Assembly: GCA_036560705.1 (NCBI GenBank)
Contig: DATBQR010000016.1
Span: forward strand, 3,133-67,132
Source: Burkholderiales bacterium
GTDB lineage: Bacteria > Pseudomonadota > Gammaproteobacteria > Burkholderiales > SG8-39
DNA length: 64,000 nucleotides
Reading direction: 5' to 3'
The translations under genes were made by a program, and so were the position numbers. Of this stretch, positions 9,354-19,157 are shown in pieces; positions within the stretch are counted from its first letter, which is position 1; each line of letters opens with the position of its first letter. The notes beneath the pieces are model-generated. The model was not told where the DNA came from. It saw nothing but the letters and a program-made list of their open reading frames with translations, and searched no databases.

Positions 9354-12300
9354 TCATCGGTTCTGGATTCCGGGCCCCTCCAGCGGCCCCGGCGGCGACG
9401 GCGGCGGCGGCGGCAGCAACTTCTCCACCTTTGGGTCCGACCAAGTGCCGGTAATGGCGTAGCGGTAGGCAAAAATCTGTCCGAGCGGATTGTTGAGCAG
9501 GCGCCCCGCGATCAGCGTCGCCACGCCCACCACCGGATTCAGCAGGCCGACGACCGTCGAGGCCGAATCGCCGAACTGCGGGATCACCTTGACGGTCAGA
9601 TTCTCCGTCTCGAGGGAAAGATCGACTTGACCCGACATGTGCACGTCTGCCGCGGGCCCTCGCATGTGGAATTCCTTGAGCGCCATGACGCCGCGCGCGA
9701 TCTCCACGGAACTCCCGATGTGGTCGAACTGGAAGCCCTTGGAGAATACGTCGCGAAAATCGAGCGCGATGCGCCGCGGCAGCATCTGCAGGCTCATCAG
9801 CGACACAAGCTTGCCGATGCCGGGTTCGATCTCGAGGAACTGGCCGTCCTCCACCTGCATCTGCACCGCGCCGCCCAGCGTCGCGTAGTCGAGCGTCACG
9901 GGATCGCCGTTCCAGTTCAGCGTCCCCTCCACCTTGCCGCGCCCGCCCTTGATGTGGTCCGGATTGCCGAAGCGGTCGAGGAACCTGCCCGCATCGCTGA
10001 TGTCGAGCTTGAAGGCGAGCGAAGTGCGCGAGTTCTCGCCCTGCTTCCACAGGCCGCTCGCCGACAGCGCGGAATCCGGATTGGTCATCGCCAGCTTGTC
10101 GATGCGCCAGTCGCGGCCTTCGTGGCGCGCCTGGATTTCGACCCGCCCGAGCTTGCGGCCGCGATGGGTGAAGTCGTCCGCGACGATATCCGCCGCCGGC
10201 AGGTCTTTCAGGCCCTCGCCCGGCCGGGTTCCCGGCGAATCCTCCGGCAGCGAGAAGCGCGAGAAGCGCGCCACCAGCCTGCCGCTGCCCTCGGAGCGGT
10301 ACACCAGGTCGCCGGAGAATTCGGCCGAGGTCATGTTCGCCGACCAGCCGTTGCCTTCGGTCACCCCCTGCATGGTCACCGCCCGCATGCGCTTGCCGAG
10401 CGCGTCCAGTACGCCGACCTTGAGGTCGTAGCTCGTGCCGTCGGCGCTGGCGCCGCCCTCGGCGAGCAGCGGCAGCCAGCGGTCGAGGTCGAGCGCCGGC
10501 AGCGTGCCGCGCAGCGTCATGCCGCGGCGTTCGGGAATCCTCGGCGTCTCGCCCGGAACCGGATTGAGCGTGATCAGCGAGCGCTGCATCTGCATCACGC
10601 CGGCCTGCGCGGCGCTGGTGCCGCCCTGCGCGGCACTGGGCTGCGCAGCACGCAGGAACTCCGCCGAGAAGATGCGCCCTGCCGACGGCCCGAGCGCCAC
10701 CGAAATGCGGTCGCGCCCCTCGCCCGGAAACACTTCGATGCGCAGCGGCAGCGTCTCGCCGGCGGCTTTCGACAGCGGCGCCGGCAGCGCGCTCGACACG
10801 CCCTCGAGCGGAGACTCGAAGTTGAGTTGCGCGCGGCCCTCCTTCACCGTCACGGTGGCGGTATAGCGCGCGCTGCCGGCCAGCCGCTTGCGCCACGGAT
10901 TGTCGAAAAGCGGGCGGATTCCGTCGACGGTAGCCCTGCCCTCGGCAACCACGACCATGCTGGCATCGGGCTTGGTGCCGCCCGAGATCCGCACCTGGTC
11001 GCCGAACAGCTGGCCGCGCATGTCGCGCAGCGACAACGACGCCTCGGTGAAGCCGATGCGGCCGCTCGCGCGCTCGATCGGCGGCAGGCGCGGGTCCACC
11101 GTAAGAGTGTTGGCGGCAAACTGGTACTCGCCCGCGACCTTGCTCTTGGCCATCTCGCGCAGCATCAGTTCCAGACGCAGGCGCAATCTGCCGCGGCCGA
11201 TGGAAGTCATGCCGTCGGTAAAACCGGCGACCATGCGCCGGACCGGGCTCTGCCTGACGTAATCCAGGAACAGCGCCGTGGGTCCCTCGGCGGCGCCCTC
11301 CACCACCAGGCGCGGGTTCTCGTCGCGCATGCTCGGCAGGGTCACGCGGACATTGGCGATCTTCGCGCCCAGGATGCTGCCGCTGCGCCCGACGATGTCG
11401 ATCTTGTCGCGCTCGAACAGCAGGTCGGCCTCGATCGCCTCGATGCGCGGCCAGCCGGCGGCATAGTCGAGCACCCCGTCCGCAACCTTGGCCGTGACCT
11501 CGAACTGGCCCTTCGACGGGTCGACGAACGGAAAGTCGTTCAAGTCGCCCTTCAACCGCATGCGCACGTCGCTCGCCCGGCCCTCGACGACCGCGCTCGC
11601 CACCCAATCGCGCGTGCGCGAGCCCATCACCGTGGAAAGCGGAAGATATTTGGCGGTGCTCTTGCCGTCTGCACGCGCGAGCTGCACGGTGAGATCGACC
11701 ACGCCGCGACCTTCTCCGCTCCATGCGTAGGTGCCGGAAGCGGTGCCCGCGAGATCTTCGTTGGCGAAACTCAGGTTGCCGAGGCGAACGGCGAGCCCCG
11801 CCGCCGCCCCGCCGGTCCCGCCGGTCCCGGCGGTCCCGGTGATCCCAGTGCGCTCCCAGCCGACCTCGCCGTTCAGGGCGTCGAGCTGGATGCGCGGCTC
11901 CGGGAACACCTTGGGCAGGTCGACCTCGCTCTTGCGCGAGATGAGAGCGACCACGCCCTTTTTCTCGGTCGCCTCGAGGGTCCCGGACAGTCCGGCGAAT
12001 CCCGGGATGCTGCGCCATGCGTTCATGGTGAGTCCGGCAAAGCGGGTCTTCGCGGTGAAGTTCGCCCGGTCGGGCAGCTCTCCGGTCCAATCGATCTTCG
12101 CGTCCAGCAGGTTGCCTTGCGGCGCGAGTTCGGCGAGCAGCCTTCTCAGGTCGGCGGGGAACGGCATGAACTCCGCCAGGCGCGCGAGCGGCGCCAGTTC
12201 GATCAGATTGGCGCTGACCGAACCGCGCTGCGCAACCCCGGGCCCTGCGCCGGGATTCCAGACGGCACGAAAGCTGGTGGAATGCATCTCCGGCGCGCCC

Positions 12301-13274
12301 GGGCTCGACAGTGCCAGGCTGCGCACGCCGAAATCGTAGCCTTGCGCGGTCTGGCGGCCGAAAACGCGGCCGCGCACTGCGGACACTTCCAGCACCGGCA
12401 GGTCCTTGGCGAGCTGCGCCGATACGTTCGACAGCGCAACGTCCGCCGTCGCCTGCGAAACCCTGCCGCCGGAAATCGTCGCCCACAGGCGCAGCGCGCC
12501 TTCGCCGCGGCGCACGTCCAGCGGATAGTCCACCCACGAGCGCCAGCCGGCGAGGTCGGTGTAGCCGAATTCGGCGAACACCCTGCCGCTCCAGTTCGCC
12601 GGCTGCTTCACGCTGTTGCCCTCCAGCGCGGCGCGCACTTCCAGGCCCGGGCCGAGTTCGCGCGGCGGACGCGCGGAAAACCCCGCCGCGTGCTCGTCGC
12701 CGTCGTTGCGCAGGCGGAAATTGAGCGCCGACAGCAGGAGCGGCGGCGCCTTGCGGCTCTCGTCGAGCCACTCGACCTCGGCGCCGCGGATGACGATCTC
12801 GCTCTGGTTCAGGAGCCAGTCGGTGAGCTTGCCGTCGCTCTTGTCGCCGGAGATGCGGATGCCGGCGACGTAGAGCTCGCCCTGCGCATCGCGCCGCACG
12901 GCGAGTTTCGGCCCGTCGATGAGGAAGGAATGCAGCCGCAGCTCGCGCGCGATGAGCGAGCGCCACGCCACCACGTTCTCCACCACCGGCAGCACCAGCG
13001 CTTCGCGCCCGTCCTTGTCGTAGATGCGCACGTCGGAGATCGACAGCCGCGGCCGCAGGCCCTGCCAGTCGGTGGCGAGCGCGCCGATCTTCACCTGCAG
13101 GCCGATGGAGCGGGAAATCGCGGCAACGATGTCCCCGCGGTACTGCTCCACGTTCGGCAGCAGCCAGTAGCGCAGCGCGAGGAAGACCATCGCGAAGGCG
13201 AAAAAAGCCGCCCAGGCGAGCATTTCGAGCGCGCGGATGAGGGTGCTGAGCGGGATTTTTAACGGGGTTCGCAT
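9354..13274 (-). CDS. yhdP: YhdP family (AsmA-like) large envelope protein
   Basis: 1322-aa ORF trimmed to the ATG at 13274 (MRTPLKIPLS…), followed by one N-terminal TM helix and a long beta-rich body typical of YhdP. The alternative ATG at 13322 would leave only 11 nt to glnE. Confidence 0.9.
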   Translation of the reverse strand: MRTPLKIPLSTLIRALEMLAWAAFFAFAMVFLALRYWLLPNVEQYRGDIVAAISRSIGLQVKIGALATDWQGLRPRLSISDVRIYDKDGREALVLPVVENVVAWRSLIARELRLHSFLIDGPKLAVRRDAQGELYVAGIRISGDKSDGKLTDWLLNQSEIVIRGAEVEWLDESRKAPPLLLSALNFRLRNDGDEHAAGFSARPPRELGPGLEVRAALEGNSVKQPANWSGRVFAEFGYTDLAGWRSWVDYPLDVRRGEGALRLWATISGGRVSQATADVALSNVSAQLAKDLPVLEVSAVRGRVFGRQTAQGYDFGVRSLALSSPGAPEMHSTSFRAVWNPGAGPGVAQRGSVSANLIELAPLARLAEFMPFPADLRRLLAELAPQGNLLDAKIDWTGELPDRANFTAKTRFAGLTMNAWRSIPGFAGLSGTLEATEKKGVVALISRKSEVDLPKVFPEPRIQLDALNGEVGWERTGITGTAGTGGTGGAAAGLAVRLGNLSFANEDLAGTASGTYAWSGEGRGVVDLTVQLARADGKSTAKYLPLSTVMGSRTRDWVASAVVEGRASDVRMRLKGDLNDFPFVDPSKGQFEVTAKVADGVLDYAAGWPRIEAIEADLLFERDKIDIVGRSGSILGAKIANVRVTLPSMRDENPRLVVEGAAEGPTALFLDYVRQSPVRRMVAGFTDGMTSIGRGRLRLRLELMLREMAKSKVAGEYQFAANTLTVDPRLPPIERASGRIGFTEASLSLRDMRGQLFGDQVRISGGTKPDASMVVVAEGRATVDGIRPLFDNPWRKRLAGSARYTATVTVKEGRAQLNFESPLEGVSSALPAPLSKAAGETLPLRIEVFPGEGRDRISVALGPSAGRIFSAEFLRAAQPSAAQGGTSAAQAGVMQMQRSLITLNPVPGETPRIPERRGMTLRGTLPALDLDRWLPLLAEGGASADGTSYDLKVGVLDALGKRMRAVTMQGVTEGNGWSANMTSAEFSGDLVYRSEGSGRLVARFSRFSLPEDSPGTRPGEGLKDLPAADIVADDFTHRGRKLGRVEIQARHEGRDWRIDKLAMTNPDSALSASGLWKQGENSRTSLAFKLDISDAGRFLDRFGNPDHIKGGRGKVEGTLNWNGDPVTLDYATLGGAVQMQVEDGQFLEIEPGIGKLVSLMSLQMLPRRIALDFRDVFSKGFQFDHIGSSVEIARGVMALKEFHMRGPAADVHMSGQVDLSLETENLTVKVIPQFGDSASTVVGLLNPVVGVATLIAGRLLNNPLGQIFAYRYAITGTWSDPKVEKLLPPPPPSPPGPLEGPGIQNR
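11811..11846. repeat. 4 x 9-nt in-frame tandem repeat inside yhdP
   Basis: Plus strand reads gccggtccc gccggtccc ggcggtccc ggtgatccc. It encodes GITGTAGTGGTG within the YhdP ORF. Confidence 0.6.
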
Positions 13275-13333
13275 TGCGCCTGTCGCGACTCCTATATCCT
13301 CTTTGACAACCGCAACACCCATTTTATCCGTAA

Positions 13334-15886
13334 ATGCCGGATCCGATTCGGAAAATCGCCCTTTCGCGCCACGCCCTCCAGCGTCTCGCCGCGCGTCCGG
13401 AACTGGCGGCGGAAGCCGATGTCGCGCGCGCCGCGCGGGCCCCCTTCGGCGCGGCCGAAATGGCGCTGGCTCTGGCAGGCGCGCAGGACGACGACGAAGC
13501 CGCGCTGAAGCGGCGACTGCGGCGCCTGCGCGAGCGCGTGCTGCTGCGTACCATGGCGCGCGACCTGGAGGGACTCGCCGGCCTCGCCGAGGTGTGCTCG
13601 ACGTTCAGCGACCTGGCGGAACTGGCGATCGGCGCCTGCCTCGCCTGGCTGCGCGACGGCGATCTCATCGTCGTCGCCATGGGCAAGCTCGGCGGGCGCG
13701 AGTTGAACGTGTCCTCCGACATCGACCTCGTTTTCGTCCATCCCCGCCTCGACGAAGATGCGGCCGACCTGCAGCAGATCGAACGCACCGGCCGCAAGCT
13801 GATCGCCCTGCTGAACGATGTCACCGACGACGGCTTCACCTTCCGCGTCGACATGCGGCTGCGGCCCTACGGGGACTCGGGGGCGCTGGTCAGCAGCTTC
13901 GGCGCGCTGGAAGCGTACTTCGTCGCCCAGGGCCGCGAATGGGAGCGCTATGCATGGATCAAGGCGCGCGCCGTTTCAGGCTCCGATCCCGATAAAAAAT
14001 CCCTTGCGGAAATTGTCCGGCCTTTCGTCTACCGCAAGTATCTCGACTACGCGACGCTCGCGGCCATGCGGCGCCTGCACGCCGAGGTGCGGCGCGACGT
14101 CGCGCGGCGCGAGCTTGCCGGGCACGTCAAGCTCGGCCCCGGCGGCATCCGCGAGATCGAGTTCATCGCGCAGGCGCTGCAACTGGTGCGCGGAGGACGT
14201 GATCCGATGCTCATGGCGCGCCCGACGCTGGAAGTGCTGCAGGAACTCGCAAAGAAAAATCTTCTTCCAGGAAGCGCGGCCGACGAGCTGTCCGCCGCCT
14301 ACGTATTTCTGCGCAACGTCGAGCACCGCCTCCAGTACCTGGACGACGCCCAGACCCATGAACTGCCCGCCGACGCGGAGGACAGGGGGCGTCTCGCGCA
14401 GATGGCCGGCTTCAGCTCCTGGGAGTCGTTCTACGTGGCGTTGACCGTGCATCGCCAGGCGGTGACGCGCCAGTTCCAGGCGGTGTTCGCGCAGCCCGGC
14501 GCGGAGCACGAAGCGAAGCCGTGGCCCGACCATCCGCGCCTCGCCGCGCTGCGCTCGAGCCAGCGCTACCTGCAACTGCCCGAAGATTCGAAGCGCCGCT
14601 TCGACGCGCTGATCCCCGCCCTCGCACAGGCCGCGGCGGCGACGCCGGATCCCGCGGCGACGCTGGTGCGCGGCGTCGACCTGATGGAAGCGATCGCGGG
14701 GCGCGCCGCCTATCTGGCGTTGCTCGCCGAACGGCCCGAGGCGCTGCAGCGCGTCACGCGCATGATCGGCGCCTCGAGCTGGGCGGCGGAATACGTGACC
14801 CGGCATCCGCTGCTGCTGGACGAACTTCTGGATGACCGGCTGCTGTACGCGGCGCCCGACTGGGAGGAATTCGAAGGCGGCCTGCGCGCGGCGCTTGCCG
14901 CCGCGGAGGGCGACGTGGAACGCCAGATGAACGTGGTGCGCGAACAGCACCAGTCGCAGCTGTTCCGGCTGCTCGCGCAGGACCTCGCCGGCCTGCTCAC
15001 CGTCGAGCTGCTGGCCGATCATCTCTCGAAGCTCGCCGACCTGGTGCTGCAGGTCTCGCTTGGGTATTGCTGGGCCTGGCTGCCCACCCGCCACCGCGAA
15101 AAACCGCTTTTCTCCGTGATCGCCTACGGCAAGCTCGGCGGCAAGGAACTGGGATACGCCTCGGACCTCGACATCATCTTCGTCTACGAGGACCCGGACG
15201 AGCGCGCGGCGGAGAATTACGCACGCCTCGCCCAGCGCTACAACAACTGGCTGACCGTGCGCACTTCCGCGGGCACGCTGTTCGAGACCGACCTGCAGCT
15301 GCGACCCTCGGGTTCCAGCGGCCTGCTGGTTTCGTCGCTGGCCGCGTTCGAGGAGTACCAGGAGCGCGCCGCCTGGCCCTGGGAGCACCAGGCCCTGACG
15401 CGCGCGCGCTACTGCGCGGGCGAGCGCGACGTCGGGAAAAAATTCGAGCAGATCCGGGAAAAAATCCTCAAGCGCCCCAGGGACCCCGCCCTGCTTGCGC
15501 GGGAGATCCTCGCCATGCGCGAAAAGATGCACGCCGCGCACCCGAACAAATCCGGGCTGCTCGACCTGAAGCACGACCGCGGCGGCATGATCGACGTCGA
15601 ATTCACGGTGCAGTTCCTGGTGCTGGCGCATTCGCATGCCCGCGGCGAACTCACCGCCAACCTCGGCAATATCGCGCTGCTGAAGCTCGCCGGGGAGCTG
15701 GAATTGGTCGACCGGGCGCTGGCGGAGAAATGCGGCAACGCCTACCGGGAATTCAGGCGACTGCAGCACGCGCTGCGGCTGAACGGCGCGCGCTACGCGC
15801 GCGTGCCGCAGCAGCAGGTCGCCACGCACTTCACGGCGGTTCGCGATCTCTGGAAGGCGGTTTTTTCCGCCTACCGGCAGCCGTGA
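13334..15886 (+). CDS. glnE: glutamine synthetase adenylyltransferase/adenylyl-removing enzyme
   Basis: 850 aa with two nucleotidyltransferase modules (…GKLGGRELNVSSDIDLVFV… and …GKLGGKELGYASDLDIIFV…). Confidence 0.95.
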   Translation: MPDPIRKIALSRHALQRLAARPELAAEADVARAARAPFGAAEMALALAGAQDDDEAALKRRLRRLRERVLLRTMARDLEGLAGLAEVCSTFSDLAELAIGACLAWLRDGDLIVVAMGKLGGRELNVSSDIDLVFVHPRLDEDAADLQQIERTGRKLIALLNDVTDDGFTFRVDMRLRPYGDSGALVSSFGALEAYFVAQGREWERYAWIKARAVSGSDPDKKSLAEIVRPFVYRKYLDYATLAAMRRLHAEVRRDVARRELAGHVKLGPGGIREIEFIAQALQLVRGGRDPMLMARPTLEVLQELAKKNLLPGSAADELSAAYVFLRNVEHRLQYLDDAQTHELPADAEDRGRLAQMAGFSSWESFYVALTVHRQAVTRQFQAVFAQPGAEHEAKPWPDHPRLAALRSSQRYLQLPEDSKRRFDALIPALAQAAAATPDPAATLVRGVDLMEAIAGRAAYLALLAERPEALQRVTRMIGASSWAAEYVTRHPLLLDELLDDRLLYAAPDWEEFEGGLRAALAAAEGDVERQMNVVREQHQSQLFRLLAQDLAGLLTVELLADHLSKLADLVLQVSLGYCWAWLPTRHREKPLFSVIAYGKLGGKELGYASDLDIIFVYEDPDERAAENYARLAQRYNNWLTVRTSAGTLFETDLQLRPSGSSGLLVSSLAAFEEYQERAAWPWEHQALTRARYCAGERDVGKKFEQIREKILKRPRDPALLAREILAMREKMHAAHPNKSGLLDLKHDRGGMIDVEFTVQFLVLAHSHARGELTANLGNIALLKLAGELELVDRALAEKCGNAYREFRRLQHALRLNGARYARVPQQQVATHFTAVRDLWKAVFSAYRQP

Positions 15887-15887
15887 C

Positions 15888-16154
15888 TCAGCGGGCCCTG
15901 GGTTTGCGCAGGTTCGGATTGGCCAGGTCGAGATCGGCCTTGACCTTTTCCCGGCTTCTCTCGTAGACGATCTCGCGCCCCATGATGCTGCCGGCGTACG
16001 CCATTCCGTTGCGGGTCGGCGCCAGCACGCACTTCATGTTGTGCATCCCCTCGCCGATGACCACCTCGATCGCCTCGGCGCGCTTGCTGTAGACCACGAC
16101 CTCCATGGTCTTGCCGGTTTCGGTGATGCGTACGGTTATCTTCTCGTTGTTCAT
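15888..16154 (-). CDS. small hypothetical protein (88 aa)
   Basis: 129-aa ORF trimmed to the internal ATG at 16154 (MNNEKITVRITETGKTMEVVVYSK…). The upstream part is Arg/Ala-rich junk. It lies 43 nt downstream of arsR on the same strand. No family recognised. Confidence 0.6.
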   Translation of the reverse strand: MNNEKITVRITETGKTMEVVVYSKRAEAIEVVIGEGMHNMKCVLAPTRNGMAYAGSIMGREIVYERSREKVKADLDLANPNLRKPRAR

Positions 16155-16197
16155 GCGCGGCGATCCCCGCGGTGGTCCCGACCTTCGAAGCCTAGCA

Positions 16198-16518
16198 CTA
16201 GATCGCTTCGCGCGGCGTTCTGAGGGTCGACGCGCTGCGGCGCAGCGGGCCGTCGACTTCGGAGGCGAAGCGCGCAAGCGCGCCGAGCAGCGCGTCGCGC
16301 TGCAGCCGGTACATCACGCGCTGTCCCTGCCGCTCGGAGGTGACGAGCCCGGCCTTCTGCAGCACCGAGAGATGGCGCGACACGGCGGGCGCGCTCAGGC
16401 GGAAGCGCGCCGCCAGGTCGGCGGTCGACAGCGCGGTCTGCGAGAGGAAGGCGAGGATCTGCCGTCGCGGCAGCGAAGCGAGCGCCCGGAAGATTTCGTC
16501 TACAGGATTAACAATCAT
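16198..16518 (-). CDS. ArsR/SmtB family transcriptional regulator
   Basis: 106 aa with a winged-helix core, …RRQILAFLSQTALSTADLAARFRLSAPAVSRHLSVLQKAGLV…. Confidence 0.9.
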   Translation of the reverse strand: MIVNPVDEIFRALASLPRRQILAFLSQTALSTADLAARFRLSAPAVSRHLSVLQKAGLVTSERQGQRVMYRLQRDALLGALARFASEVDGPLRRSASTLRTPREAI

Positions 16519-16524
16519 GTTAAT
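16507..16524. promoter_or_regulatory. 6-6-6 inverted repeat ATTAAC-N6-GTTAAT over the arsR start codon (candidate operator)
   Basis: Seen directly as attaacaatcatgttaat. It sits in the divergent arsR/ilvE region. The function is an inference. Confidence 0.3.
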
Positions 16525-16587
16525 AGTGTAGAGCTTTTTGGCCGGCTGTGGTTAGATGACGCCGTCAACCCAAGGAGAATCGGTTTC

Positions 16588-17556
16588 ATGGCAAAGGCAA
16601 AAGCGGCGGCGCCGCTCTCGATGGCGGACCGCGACGGCTGGATTTGGCACGACGGCAAGCTGGTGCCGTGGCGCTCGGCGACCACGCACGTGCTGACGCA
16701 TTCCCTGCACTACGGCCTCGCCGTATTCGAGGGCGTGCGCGCGTACAAGACGGTGAGCGGCACGCAGATCTACCGGCTGCGCGAGCACACGCAGCGGCTG
16801 ATGAACTCTGGCCACATCTACATGATGAAGATCCCCTACTCGATCGAGCGCCTGATGCAGGCGCAGATCGACGTGGTGGCGGCCAACGGCCATGAGGCCT
16901 GCTACATCCGGCCGATCGCCTTCTACGGCTCGGAGAAGATGGGCGTATCGCCGGTCGGCGCCAAGGTGCATGTGGCGATCGCGGCCTGGCCCTGGGGCGC
17001 CTATCTCGGGCCGGAAGCGCTGAACAAGGGCATCCGCGTGAAGACCGCCTCCGTGGTGCGGCACCATGTCAACGTGACGATGGCGCGCGCGAAAATGTCG
17101 GGTACCTATCCGAACTCGGTGCTGGCGACGCTGGAAGCGACGCAGCACGGCTACGACGAAGGGCTGCTGCTCGACGTCGACGGCTTCGTCGCCGAAGGCG
17201 CCGGCGAGAACATCTTCATCGTCAAGGACGGCAGGATCATCGAGCCCGAGCTCACCTCGGCGCTGACCGGCATCACGCGCTCCTCGGTGATCGAGCTGGC
17301 CGAAGGCCTGGGCTACAAGGTCATGGCCAAACGCCTGACGCGCGACGACATCTACATCGCCGACGAGTGCTTCTTCACCGGCACCGCCGCCGAAGTGACG
17401 CCGATCCGCGAACTGGATGGCCGCGTCATCGGCGCCGGCAAGGCGGGCCCGGTGACGAAGGCGCTGCAAAAGGCGTTTTTCGACGTGGTCACCGGCAAGG
17501 ACCGCAAGCACAAGCACTGGCTGACGCCGGTGCCGATGAAGAAGAGCAAAAAGTGA
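16588..17556 (+). CDS. ilvE: branched-chain amino acid aminotransferase
   Basis: Long ORF trimmed to the ATG at 16588, preceded by AAGGAGA. 322 aa with class IV aminotransferase similarity (…HSLHYGLAVFEGVRAY…EGAGENIF…). Confidence 0.95.
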   Translation: MAKAKAAAPLSMADRDGWIWHDGKLVPWRSATTHVLTHSLHYGLAVFEGVRAYKTVSGTQIYRLREHTQRLMNSGHIYMMKIPYSIERLMQAQIDVVAANGHEACYIRPIAFYGSEKMGVSPVGAKVHVAIAAWPWGAYLGPEALNKGIRVKTASVVRHHVNVTMARAKMSGTYPNSVLATLEATQHGYDEGLLLDVDGFVAEGAGENIFIVKDGRIIEPELTSALTGITRSSVIELAEGLGYKVMAKRLTRDDIYIADECFFTGTAAEVTPIRELDGRVIGAGKAGPVTKALQKAFFDVVTGKDRKHKHWLTPVPMKKSKK

Positions 17557-17747
17557 GCGATACCGATACCTCGCGGCAAGTCGAGCTCACCGAGAAAGAC
17601 CTGCCGCTGCACTGCCCGATGCCCGGCTCGCCGCTGTGGGCGCGGCATCCGCGCGTGTTCCTCGACGTGGTGAAGAACGGAGAAGCGCTTTGTCCCTACT
17701 GCGGGACGAAGTACCTCTACAAAGGCGCTGCGCCGAAGGGCCACTAG
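17553..17747 (+). CDS. zinc-finger (CHCC-type) domain protein
   Basis: GTG at 17553 overlaps the ilvE stop (GTGA). 64 aa with a C…C…C..C pattern (LHCPMPG…ALCPYCGTKY). Its position between ilvE and waaF is typical for betaproteobacteria. Confidence 0.75.
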   Translation: MSDTDTSRQVELTEKDLPLHCPMPGSPLWARHPRVFLDVVKNGEALCPYCGTKYLYKGAAPKGH

Positions 17748-17787
17748 TCTGCCGCGCATCCCCGCCGACGCGCCCCGCCACCTTTTA

Positions 17788-18720
17788 GTGGTGGCTCCCA
17801 ACTGGATCGGCGACGCGCTGATGGCGCAGCCGCTGCTCGCACGCTTGCGCGAAAGGCATCCGGGCAGCCGCATCGAGCTGCTCGCCCCGCCCTGGGTCGC
17901 TCCGGTCGCAAGGCGCATGGCCGAAGTGGACGAGGTGATCGAGGCGGACTTGCGCCACGGCGCGCTGCAGATCGGCGAGCGCTGGCGGCTCGGCCGGATA
18001 TTGAGGCGGCGCGGCTACGACCATGCGGTCGTGCTGCCGAATACCTGGAAATCCGCCCTGGTACCCTTTTTCGCCGGTATCCCGGTACGCGCAGGCTACG
18101 GGCGGCCCGGCCTGCTGAACCGGGTTCATGCAACGACAGAGCCGCGCGAGTCCATGACCGCCCATTACGCGCGCCTTGCGGAAAAACCGGGAACCGATCC
18201 TGCACTTCCTTTGCCGCTACCCCGCTTGAAAGCGGGACCAAGCCACACCGCGGCCCGCTTCGGCATCTCCGGCCCCTACATGGTGCTCTGCCCCGGCGCG
18301 GAGTACGGACCTGCCAAGCGATGGCCGTATTTCCGCGAACTGTCGTCGAAACTGCAAGCGCAGATCGTCGTGCTGGGTGCCGTTTCGGACAAGGAGGCCG
18401 CGGCAGGGATTTCCGGCAGGAATCTCGTCGGGCAAACGACGCTGGATGAGGCGATCGACCTCATTGCCGGCGCCGCTGCAGTCGTCACCAATGATTCCGG
18501 GCTGATGCACGTCGCGGCGGCCACCGGCACGCCGCAAGTGGCGCTGTTCGGCTCCTCCAGCCCGGAGCACACGCCGGCGCTTTCGCCGGCCGCTCGCGTC
18601 CTGTGGCTGAAGGTCGAATGCAGTCCCTGCTTTGCGCGGGTTTGCCCGCTCGGGCACTTCAAGTGCATGAACGAGTTGTCCGTGGAGCGGGTGATCCAGG
18701 AACTCGAGGCGCTGCCATGA
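17788..18720 (+). CDS. waaF: ADP-heptose--LPS heptosyltransferase II
   Basis: 310 aa starting (GTG) VAPNWIGDALMAQP…, GT9 family. The start may be a few codons further upstream at a non-canonical codon. Confidence 0.9.
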   Translation: MVAPNWIGDALMAQPLLARLRERHPGSRIELLAPPWVAPVARRMAEVDEVIEADLRHGALQIGERWRLGRILRRRGYDHAVVLPNTWKSALVPFFAGIPVRAGYGRPGLLNRVHATTEPRESMTAHYARLAEKPGTDPALPLPLPRLKAGPSHTAARFGISGPYMVLCPGAEYGPAKRWPYFRELSSKLQAQIVVLGAVSDKEAAAGISGRNLVGQTTLDEAIDLIAGAAAVVTNDSGLMHVAAATGTPQVALFGSSSPEHTPALSPAARVLWLKVECSPCFARVCPLGHFKCMNELSVERVIQELEALP

Positions 18721-19157
18721 GCGCGAAGATTTTCCCCACCGCCCAGGACGCGGAGAACGCGTTCTACGAGGCGCTCGAGCGCTGCGACCTCGAGGGAATG
18801 ATGGCGGTGTGGTCGGAGGACGAGGAGATCGTCTGCGTGCACCCGGCGGGACAGCGGCTCGCGGGCCAGGCGCAGGTGCGCGAAGTATGGCGGCAGATGT
18901 TCGCCGGCGGGCCCAACATGCGCGTGCAGATCACGCAGCAGGTGGTGATCGCCGGGGTGATGCTCGAAGTGCACAGCGCGCACGAAAACATCACCGTCTC
19001 CGGCGAGCCGCGCCCGCGGCCGCCGATGGTGGCGACCAACGTCTACCTGCGCACCGCGGCCGGCTGGCGCATGATCGTGCACCATGCCTCGCCCGCGCCC
19101 GGCGAGCCGCCCGCCGCGGAACCCGCGCCCGCGTCGTCGCCCAAGATCCTGCATTGA
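18717..19157 (+). CDS. SnoaL-like / NTF2-fold protein (DUF4440-like)
   Basis: ATG at 18717 in an ATGA overlap with the waaF stop. 146 aa, MSAKIFPTAQDAENAFYEALERCDLEGMMAVW…. Confidence 0.8.
   Translation: MSAKIFPTAQDAENAFYEALERCDLEGMMAVWSEDEEIVCVHPAGQRLAGQAQVREVWRQMFAGGPNMRVQITQQVVIAGVMLEVHSAHENITVSGEPRPRPPMVATNVYLRTAAGWRMIVHHASPAPGEPPAAEPAPASSPKILH

Noticed and set aside
9301-13262. 1221-aa minus-strand (9301-12966) and 1211-aa plus-strand (9627-13262) ORFs
   Set aside because: Both overlap yhdP (alternative frame and antisense) and have extreme Arg/Ala/Gly composition. Only the 9354-13274 frame gives a membrane anchor and YhdP-like sequence.
13976-15829. 617-aa minus-strand ORF
   Set aside because: It is antisense to glnE, with junk composition and no motifs.
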